Source: Acidobacteriota bacterium (lineage in GTDB: Bacteria > Acidobacteriota > UBA6911 > JACQSX01). Taken from it: a stretch of DNA of 60,342 nt. Of this stretch, positions 54,233-60,342 are shown in pieces. The DNA is taken from positions 1 through 60,342 of the forward strand of contig DASXTB010000111.1 of NCBI GenBank assembly GCA_036505615.1. Reading direction: 5' to 3'. The translations under genes and the position numbers were made by a program. The notes under the pieces were generated by a model. It ran no database searches and was not told the DNA's origin. It worked only from the letters and a program-made list of their open reading frames with translations. How positions within the stretch are numbered: the stretch's first letter is position 1; each line of letters starts with the position of its first letter.

Positions 54233-55159
54233 CTACGCCGCAGGTTTCTTCATTACTTCCGATTCCAGAACCACCGGCGCCGGGCCCGAAATGCTTCCAT
54301 CCTTGCGCACGCGCCAGAAATGTACGATCAGGAAAATGGAAAGCACGATGGGAATCCCGATGCAATGCCAGATATAAGCGCGGAGCAAAGCATTGGCGTC
54401 TACGATTGAACCGCCCAGCAGAGCGAATCGAACATCGTTGTAAGGAGTCATGCCGAGCTGCGAACCGAAAGGACCTTCATGTCCCAACATGGGTGTGGCG
54501 CGCGCCATGTTTGTCCCCACCGTGACGGCCCAGAAGCCCAACTGGTCATCCGGCAAGAGGTATCCGGTGAAGGACAACAGCAGTGTAAACAGCATCAGGA
54601 TCACGCCCACTACCCAGTTGAATTCCCGCGGCGGCTTGTAGGAGCCGGTCAGAAACACGCGAAACATGTGCAGCCAGACGGTGATGATCATCAGGTGTGC
54701 CGCCCAACGGTGCATGTTGCGCAACAGCAGTCCGAAGGGGACGTCATGCTCCAGGTACATGATGTCGCGGTAAGCCTGCATCTTGCTGGGATGGTAGTAA
54801 AACATGAGCAGCGCCCCGGTGAATGTCAGGACAATGAATAAATAAAAGGTAATCCCTCCCATTCCCCAAGTGAACCTGAATCGGACCGCGTCGCGGTTTA
54901 CCTTGGCCGGGTGCAGATGCAGAAAAACATTGGTTAGAACCGCCAAAGCCCGGTTGCGAGGAGAATCGTCCAGCTTGTGGCGGATCACGGATCGCCAGAG
55001 CTGTGTTTTCTTGGGCTCGCGCAGAACCTCTTTGGTGTCTGCGGCAGCTTTTTCGACCAGAGGTTTGATTTGCTCGCGCAGCCTGGCAACGCCGGACAGA
55101 GATTTCTCTTCGGCCTTGGTTTCCGTCTTTACAATCTTGTCGTCCTTGTCTTCAGCCAT
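54233..55159 (-). CDS. cytochrome b (b6-like N-terminal four-helix part)
   Basis: Blocks FTWGMGGITFYLF, LLRNMHRWAAHLMIITVWLHMFRVFLTGSYK, SFTGYLLPDDQLGFWA. Confidence 0.9.
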   Translation of the reverse strand: MAEDKDDKIVKTETKAEEKSLSGVARLREQIKPLVEKAAADTKEVLREPKKTQLWRSVIRHKLDDSPRNRALAVLTNVFLHLHPAKVNRDAVRFRFTWGMGGITFYLFIVLTFTGALLMFYYHPSKMQAYRDIMYLEHDVPFGLLLRNMHRWAAHLMIITVWLHMFRVFLTGSYKPPREFNWVVGVILMLFTLLLSFTGYLLPDDQLGFWAVTVGTNMARATPMLGHEGPFGSQLGMTPYNDVRFALLGGSIVDANALLRAYIWHCIGIPIVLSIFLIVHFWRVRKDGSISGPAPVVLESEVMKKPAA

Positions 55160-55164
55160 AAGAC

Positions 55165-55276
55165 TGCAGGTTGCAAAGTTAGCAAGTTAGCAGGTTCGCA
55201 AGTTAACAACTTGGCACGTTAGGGGTCTCTGGCTCGCGGACCTGCTAACTTGTTAACCTGCAAACCTGCAAACAAG
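55165..55276. repeat. tandem 7-8 nt repeat hairpin (GCAGGTT/GCAAGTT units)
   Basis: Arms 55165-55215 and 55240-55276, located between the Rieske stop and the cytochrome b start. Confidence 0.85.
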
Positions 55277-55278
55277 AG

Positions 55279-56175
55279 CTAAGCCGGCAAAAATGCTCCT
55301 GGATCGTGAAACTCCGAACGGCTGCCTTTGGGCCACTGATATAACTTGGCGGTGTCCACTTTAATCTGGCCGTCTGCGTCCAACTCGATCCTCGCCCGAT
55401 CCATGGGACGTGGCGCCGGTCCCTCAAAATTGATCCCTTCGCTGTCGTAGCCGCTTCCGTGACAGGGGCATTTGAACTTGTTTTCGCTTGCGATCCAATC
55501 GGGAGTGCAGCCAAGGTGCGTACAACGCGCATAAATAGCAAAGATCCCTTCAGAGGTGCGCACTACCCAGATGCGATAATCTTTCTGAAACTTGGTATCC
55601 ACGCCAAAACCAAAGTCGGAAGGATATCCAATTTTGAACACAGTCTTTGGCTCGAACAAGACCCTGGGGAAAAAGAAGCGCGCAAACATCACCAGATTCG
55701 TAGCTAGAAAACCGAAGACGCAGGTTACGGCAAATCTCCGCCGCCGCATCAGCCTTGCTTCAGACTCGATTACCTCCGGTCTCTTGGGAATCTCTACAGC
55801 GGGGGCGGGAGGCTTGGCGGCAGCAACCGTTTTGGCGGGAACGGCAGGTGGTGCGGCCGCGGCCGGGCGGGGCGCCACCGGCGCGGGGGAAATAGCGGCG
55901 GGCGTAGCCGGAGTGGCGGAGCCGGGTCTCCCTTTCCACACCTTGGGCTGCTTTCGTGGCTTCTCGCCTGCCGGCGCGCCTTCGGATGCAGGTGTTGCCT
56001 CCGCAACGGCAGGGGTTTCCGAAGCCGCGGGCGCGTCGGCCTGCGCATCGGAGGACGCGGCAGGGGGCGTGGCGGCGACCGGCGCCGGAGGGCCACCGGC
56101 TGCGCGCGGCGGCCACGGTCTCGGTTGTTTTTTTGGTTTGTCCTCAGGCTTTTGCGGAGTATCAGGGTCAGACAT
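55279..56175 (-). CDS. Rieske 2Fe-2S subunit with long Pro/Ala-rich N-terminal extension
   Basis: CTHLGC...CPCHGS Rieske boxes; RRRRF Tat-like motif followed by a TM helix. About 140 aa of low-complexity P/A/E-rich sequence precede this. Confidence 0.9.
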   Translation of the reverse strand: MSDPDTPQKPEDKPKKQPRPWPPRAAGGPPAPVAATPPAASSDAQADAPAASETPAVAEATPASEGAPAGEKPRKQPKVWKGRPGSATPATPAAISPAPVAPRPAAAAPPAVPAKTVAAAKPPAPAVEIPKRPEVIESEARLMRRRRFAVTCVFGFLATNLVMFARFFFPRVLFEPKTVFKIGYPSDFGFGVDTKFQKDYRIWVVRTSEGIFAIYARCTHLGCTPDWIASENKFKCPCHGSGYDSEGINFEGPAPRPMDRARIELDADGQIKVDTAKLYQWPKGSRSEFHDPGAFLPA

Positions 56176-56530
56176 ATTTGTTCAAAACCTCACCTTTTCC
56201 TGCGTCAGGAGATTTCGTTGTGACCGAGTCAGTCTTTGTTCGCTTGGAACTGCTTTCATGCAGCGCAAACATTCCACCGACGATTTTTGTGGATTTGGCG
56301 GAGCGGGATCGCGTTTCCTCCCATCGGTGTCCCGATAGGCAAATGGCGGGTGGTCATCATGTCTGAAGATATAAATTCAGCCTGCAGTATCACCTTCGGT
56401 CGATTGCCTCCAGACCTTCGGTGGGTCACACAGATAATTAAGGTGCCCGGCGATCCAACCACTTCTATTCCACATCGTTGCAGTGGATACGGCTTGGTTT
56501 TACTTCTATGACAGCACAAAAGTCAAGATA

Positions 56531-56741
56531 GTCCGTTGTCCGTTGTCAGGTCGCAGGTAGCAAGTCGCAGGTCGAAAGTCGCAAGTCGCAGGTCGAAAGT
56601 CGCAGGTCGAAAGTCGATTGGCTGGCGTTTGAGTGGGAACCCACGAGTGAAATTTGAAAATTGGATTTAGAGCTTCCCACTTTCGACTTTCGACTTTAGA
56701 CCTTCGACTTTCGACCTTCGACTTTCGACCTTCGACTTTCA
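56531..56741. repeat. tandem-heptamer hairpin (GTCGCAG/GTCGAAA)n / (CTTTCGA/CCTTCGA)n
   Basis: Left arm 56531-56616 (starts with GTCCGTT x2), ~60-nt spacer, right arm 56678-56741, ending 12 nt before the stop of the CMD-like gene. Confidence 0.9.
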
Positions 56742-56752
56742 GCCTAGGATCA

Positions 56753-57283
56753 TCAACCCAGATCTGGCACCACTTGCAGCGCGTCGTTGAATCGGTTTGT
56801 GAAATTGGCGACGCAGATTGTCAGCGTCAGTTCCACGATCTGTTCTTCGCTGAAGTGCCTCTTCAGCTCCTCCAATGTCCCCTCACGGATCGCAGCCGCT
56901 CCCCGTGTGACCCGTTCTGCATAGAGGAGCACGGCCTTCTCCTTTTCATCAAACACCTGGCTGCGCTGAGCGAAGGGTATGGCTTTGATCTGTTCGTCGG
57001 TAACGCCGTTCCGCTTCGCCGAAGCGGTATGCGCGCGAGTTCAGTATTCGCAGCCATTGACCGTTGATGTTTTCAGATAAGCCAGTTCTTTGTATTTCGG
57101 CTCGACAGTGCCTTCCGAGATCACCGTCTTATAAAGTGACAGGAAACTCTTGAGTGCCGCTGGCCGGTGGGCCATGACGGCGAAAATGTTGGGCACTCGG
57201 CCGGGCTTCTTAGCCAAGCCATCGTAGATTTCCTTCACCTCCGCGGTGGCTTTTTCTGCTGGAATTGGATTAACAGTTGGCAA
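56753..57283 (-). CDS. carboxymuconolactone-decarboxylase/AhpD-like protein with in-frame TGA (candidate selenocysteine) in the CxxC motif
   Basis: ORFs 57041..57388 and 56753..56956 are in the same frame and are separated only by TGA 57041-57043. Read-through gives ...STVNGCEY-U-TRAHTASAKRNGVTDEQI..., the CMD-family NGCxYCxxxH core. AAGGAGG RBS lies 7 nt before TTG 57283. Confidence 0.7.
57011..57027 (-). promoter_or_regulatory. candidate bacterial SECIS hairpin
   Basis: The mRNA sense reads CCGCUUCGGCGAAGCGG (6-7 bp stem, G-rich apical loop). It starts 13 nt after the in-frame UGA at 57043-57041, placing the loop roughly 20-25 nt from the UGA. Confidence 0.45.
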
Positions 57284-57301
57284 GGCAATGCCTCCTTTGT
57301 T

Positions 57302-57349
57302 TCTCGAATGATGAAAGAAGTCTAGTCTCGAATGATGAAAGAAGTCTAG
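57302..57349. repeat. perfect 24-bp tandem duplication
   Basis: TCTCGAATGATGAAAGAAGTCTAG occurs twice (57302-57325 and 57326-57349), 19-66 nt upstream of the CMD-like gene start. Confidence 0.95.
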
Positions 57350-57418
57350 CGGTCGAGAAACGGGCGCGCAAGGTGAACTAGAACGCAAAGCTCAAAGGGG
57401 TCTCCCCCGGCCTTGGAA

Positions 57419-57541
57419 CGTGTGAAAAATCAATTTGATTGTAGGGGCGGCCCTGCGTCGCCGCCCGGACCCGCGGCCCTTGTTGGAGAACGGACGACCA
57501 GACAGGGTCGCCCGTACAGATGAAATCAATTTTTTCACACG
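57419..57541. repeat. palindromic element, family F (GTGTGAAAAA..TTTTTTCACAC termini)
   Basis: CGTGTGAAAAATCAATTTGATT ... ATGAAATCAATTTTTTCACACG, with an internal GGGGCGGCC..GCCGCCC hairpin. A partial copy lies at 15428-15500. Confidence 0.8.
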
Positions 57542-57730
57542 CTCTTGTGCCGGGGGAACCGAGATTTTTCACCAGAGCGAGGCACACCTGATAAACAGCA
57601 CTCAGCCGGACTTGGCCCGGTGGGGCGCAAGATTTTCGCACGCAATCGGCATGCCCCGACGGGCGGTTCACGAACCGCCCCTACGGAAGAGCGGGTCGGC
57701 CAAACCGGCTTGGGCAACACCCCTCAGCAA

Positions 57731-57859
57731 TGTGTGAAAAAATACTGAGCCGCGCGCGTAGGCAAGCGGACACTCCCACCTGCAAAGCTCGGGCTGTCTT
57801 TAATTGGTTCGATCGCGGGTCCGCTTGCTGACGCGCACGGCTCAGTAGTTTTTTCACAG
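57731..57859. repeat. palindromic element with the same GTGTGAAAAAAT / TTTTTTCACAG termini
   Basis: TGTGTGAAAAAATACTGAGCCGCGCGCGTAGGCAAGCGGAC ... GTCCGCTTGCTGACGCGCACGGCTCAGTAGTTTTTTCACAG. Confidence 0.85.
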
Positions 57860-57895
57860 CTTCTTAGGATCGCGGCTCGGATCTTATGTACGAAT

Positions 57896-58099
57896 CTAGG
57901 AGCGCATCATTTTAAAAAGAGTGCGCAGCAGCAAGAAGCTTACGAAGCCGCCGGCCAGTATAACCGGCACCAATCCCGAGGGGTCTCGGATGGGTCGAAA
58001 TTCCGAACTGCCGTTTTTCAATTCGATATAACCGAGCGGTGAAATCACAATGGCGCCGCCTCTGGAATTTTGACTATCCGTTTCCACCTCGTCAGACAT
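57896..58099 (-). CDS. small hypothetical protein with C-terminal TM helix
   Basis: 67 aa from ATG 58099 (AGGAAGG RBS). Sequence GGAIVISPLGYIELKNG then a hydrophobic tail. Family uncertain. Confidence 0.35.
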   Translation of the reverse strand: MSDEVETDSQNSRGGAIVISPLGYIELKNGSSEFRPIRDPSGLVPVILAGGFVSFLLLRTLFKMMRS

Positions 58100-58367
58100 G
58101 GTGCACCTTCCTTTCCTTTTCCTATGCAAAAGATATTGAACATGCGATCCGCAGAACGTGGGAAAAAATTAGCCCATTAAGGCACAAGGGGCACCAAGCA
58201 AGGAAAACGTTCATTCCTGAGTGCCGTAAGTGCCGGCAAAAGCGGGTTTTCCGCCCGATCGCATAATTTCGCAGTCTACGTGAAACCTTTCAGTGTCTCG
58301 GTTCATCTCACTGGTTGATAAGGTTAAATACCTAAGAAACCCTAAGGAAATCGAGGTACTAATTAAC

Positions 58368-58985
58368 GTGACCAGCAACTTTTCTCTCTCAATACGCCGG
58401 AAGAACAGGGCCCGGGCTGCGCTTTTGGCGTTGACTTTAGCCGCTAGCCCTTTTTGGGCGCTTGCCAGCCGCGCAAATATCAGCGTCAAGAATTTCGGCA
58501 AAGTGAACGAAAACCTCTACCGTGGTGGACAGCCGAGCCGCGACGGATTTCGAGAACTTAAGAACCTGGGAGTGCGCACCGTTGTGGATCTGCGAACGGG
58601 CGATCGCTCCGAGGAAGCACAAGAAGTAGGATCGCTCGGTATGAATTACGTCAATATTCCCATGGATGACAGCGATCGAACATATGACCCTCAGGTTTCA
58701 AAATTCCTGGCCCTCGTTCAAGATCCGAACAATGGACCGGTCTTCGTGCACTGTGCCGGCGGAAGGCATCGCACCGGAACAGTCGTCGCAGCGTACCGCA
58801 TGAGTGTCGACGGGTGGGATATCGGTCGATCCTACCAGGAAATGAAGGACTATGACTTCTATACCGCCGGGGGACATGGCGGCTACAAGACATATGTCTA
58901 TGATTACTACGATCGATTAGAGCGCCAGCATCGCGGCGCGCCGGTTTCTGAAAAGGCTATCGCCGCCACAGGCGCGCAGAGGTAA
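58368..58985 (+). CDS. secreted tyrosine/dual-specificity phosphatase (HCX5R)
   Basis: VHCAGGRHRTG active-site loop and NLYRGGQP motif. Signal peptide after GTG 58368 (ALLALTLAASPFWALA). Confidence 0.75.
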   Translation: MTSNFSLSIRRKNRARAALLALTLAASPFWALASRANISVKNFGKVNENLYRGGQPSRDGFRELKNLGVRTVVDLRTGDRSEEAQEVGSLGMNYVNIPMDDSDRTYDPQVSKFLALVQDPNNGPVFVHCAGGRHRTGTVVAAYRMSVDGWDIGRSYQEMKDYDFYTAGGHGGYKTYVYDYYDRLERQHRGAPVSEKAIAATGAQR

Positions 58986-59002
58986 TCTCTGTCTCAAGAC
59001 TC

Positions 59003-59976
59003 TCAAGAACGGAAGTGAGGAGGCGGCCCTGCCTGGCCGCTTCTTTCATTTGGACATTTAGGCCTCCGCCGGGCTTGTCCCAGCAGAGCAGTAGATCGTT
59101 CACTAGAGAGTACGGTGACGACCACTTCAGGAGACTTGTGCCCGTAAATATCGTAATTTTCCACGCTTCCCATCCATACTGAAAAAAGTATGCAGCTTTC
59201 TCTCCCGCTATGCAGTGTGCAATTCTCGATTGTGGCAAAAGCGCGCGTTGATACTTCGGTATCTGAGTTCCCTTGGCCAGAAAACTCCGAGCCGCGGATT
59301 GAGGTGTTACTTTCCTCAATGACCTTGGCACCTTCCTTGGCGTTATTGAAAATCTTGCAGTCCTCTACCTTGCCCCGCGCCTGCTTCCAGAAAAGGAAAG
59401 CCGAGCTCAACCCGTCGTGAATCTTGCAGCGCGAATGATCGGATAACCCCTTCCTTAACCTCAAAAGCCGTCATGGATCTTGCAACCCCGGACCAATGAT
59501 TTCGCACGCGTATCTACGCGGATACCATTCCAAACCGTACCAAATATTTCGCAGTCCTCGAGTGTCGCGTTGGCTTCCTCGGAAACGCGCACGCCGTTCC
59601 AATACCCGTCATGGATTGTGCAGCGCCGCAGCACTGGATTCGAAGCCGATCTCCACACCATCACTCCGGCTAGCAACTCCGAATAAATGTGGCAATCCTC
59701 CAACACCAGTTCTCCTTGCGGTGCTTCCACCGCAGCTCTCTCTTAGGGTAGCTTGATGACCCACTCATTTCCTGGCATTGAGCGAAGCCAGGGCCCGGCG
59801 CGACTGCGCTCAGCCTTTCGAGCCAGTGAAGCCAGAGTACGCACTCTCATCCGACTCACTGGCGCCAGGCTGGCATGCATTACGATGCAACTTGCTTCCG
59901 TGTTTTCGATGATCACTTCCTTGGCCGGTCCCGCCGGTTGGCCAACGATCTCCAACTGGCGATCAATCACAATCAT
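59003..59976 (-). pseudogene. disrupted right-handed parallel beta-helix repeat protein
   Basis: Three consecutive ORFs (59743..59976, 59461..59730, 59003..59464) all carry beta-helix repeat motifs (C.IHDG, EDC.I). They are separated by an in-frame TAA (59743-59745) and a frame change near 59461-59464. The tail of the last ORF is repeat-derived. Confidence 0.5.
59049..59106 (+). repeat. family E terminal-repeat copy
   Basis: TTGGACATTTAGGCCTCCGCCGGGCTTGTCCCAGCAGAGCAGTAGATCGTTCACTA is about 85 percent identical to 47241-47297. Confidence 0.8.
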
Positions 59977-59985
59977 CTCGTTGTA

Positions 59986-60074
59986 GCAGACTAACTCCGA
60001 GCAGACTAACTCCGGAGCAGACTAACTCCGCGTCTCACGTTTGAGCGCGAGCAGACTAACTCCGGACTAACTCC
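59986..60074 (+). repeat. short direct repeats (GCAGACTAACTCCG x4, ACTCCGC.TCTCA)
   Basis: GCAGACTAACTCCG occurs at 59986, 60001, 60017 and 60051. Confidence 0.85.
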
Positions 60075-60311
60075 GCATCTCAACTCCGCATCTCACGTTT
60101 GAGCAGGTAATTTGCCATTTTGACGCTGACTTACCGCTCTGTAGCGGTCGTTTTCGATCTCCCTTTCCCAACAAATTTTACAGTCCCGATCACGCATCTC
60201 AACTCCGCATCTCACGTTTGAGCAGTTAATTTGCCATTTTGACGCTGACTTACCGCTCTGAAGCGGTCGTTTTCGATCTCCCTTTCCCAACAAATTTTAC
60301 AGTCCCGATCA
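60075..60311 (+). repeat. two tandem copies of a 118-nt unit (period 119)
   Basis: 60075-60192 and 60194-60311 differ at two positions. Each copy contains an ACCGCTCTGNAGCGGT hairpin. Confidence 0.95.
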
Positions 60312-60342
60312 TTTTTCTTTCGCAAATTTCGCCCCAGGCCAG

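Noticed and set aside
56176-56530. ORFs 56236..56511 and 56256..56519(-) upstream of the Rieske gene
   Set aside because: They overlap each other on opposite strands and have no motifs or RBS. The region is more likely the promoter/leader of the bc operon.
57041-57043. TGA as a genuine stop, meaning a truncated gene or pseudogene
   Set aside because: This was considered. The stop falls exactly on the catalytic Cys column of the CMD motif, the downstream frame stays open and family-like to a normal C-terminus, and a hairpin follows. Sec recoding therefore fits better. Pseudogenisation cannot be excluded without the rest of the genome.
57795-57825. tRNA-like GGTTCGATC motif
   Set aside because: No acceptor or anticodon arms can be built around it. 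It lies in the spacer of a palindromic repeat. No tRNA or rRNA gene was recognised anywhere in the window.
24668-60311. CRISPR array interpretation of the tandem repeats
   Set aside because: The repeat periods are 6-8 nt (or 119 nt at the window end) with no unique spacers between units, and no cas genes are in the window. The architecture is inverted arrays, not direct repeats with spacers.

Overview
GC-rich chromosomal segment that looks like core genome of an Acidobacteriota-type soil bacterium. This is an inference from three CarboxypepD_reg-type TonB-dependent receptors ending in a terminal Phe, Tat-exported glycosidase-like proteins and the repeat content; no marker gene is present. Gene content 5' to 3': an organic-acid module (DASS permease, RraA-like, Dabb, Ldh_2 dehydrogenase, IclR regulator); two tandem TonB-dependent receptors plus a Tat-exported GHL6-like protein; phosphatase, beta-propeller and acyl-CoA ligase genes; homoserine-dehydrogenase-like and tandem-cyclophilin genes; MFS, small metallopeptidase, SDR and aconitase A; a third TonB-dependent receptor; and an arginine cluster argC-argB-argD(fused to a short NAGS-type GNAT)-[RHH/RelE toxin-antitoxin]-argJ. 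A long minus-strand respiratory operon follows: Rieske, split cytochrome b, octahaem cytochrome c, cupredoxin lipoprotein, CtaA, CtaB, DUF420. I recognised no rRNA, tRNA, CRISPR array or transposase. The most unusual content is non-coding. At least 16 gaps between genes hold long hairpin-forming elements whose two arms are tandem arrays of a 6-8 nt unit. Each locus has its own unit, some arms are G-quadruplex-type G3N4 arrays, and the elements reach about 630 bp. They sit in the gaps between most consecutive genes of the respiratory operon and between argC and argB. Three times they run into coding sequence: the ArgC tail, an in-frame insertion in ArgJ, and the CtaA N-terminus. Several other dispersed stem-loop and MITE-like repeat families are also present. 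Second highlight: a carboxymuconolactone-decarboxylase/AhpD-like gene is split in the ORF track by an in-frame TGA exactly at the second Cys of its CxxC motif, with a hairpin just downstream, which makes it a selenocysteine candidate. All coordinates of repeat boundaries are by-eye estimates (a few nt uncertainty).
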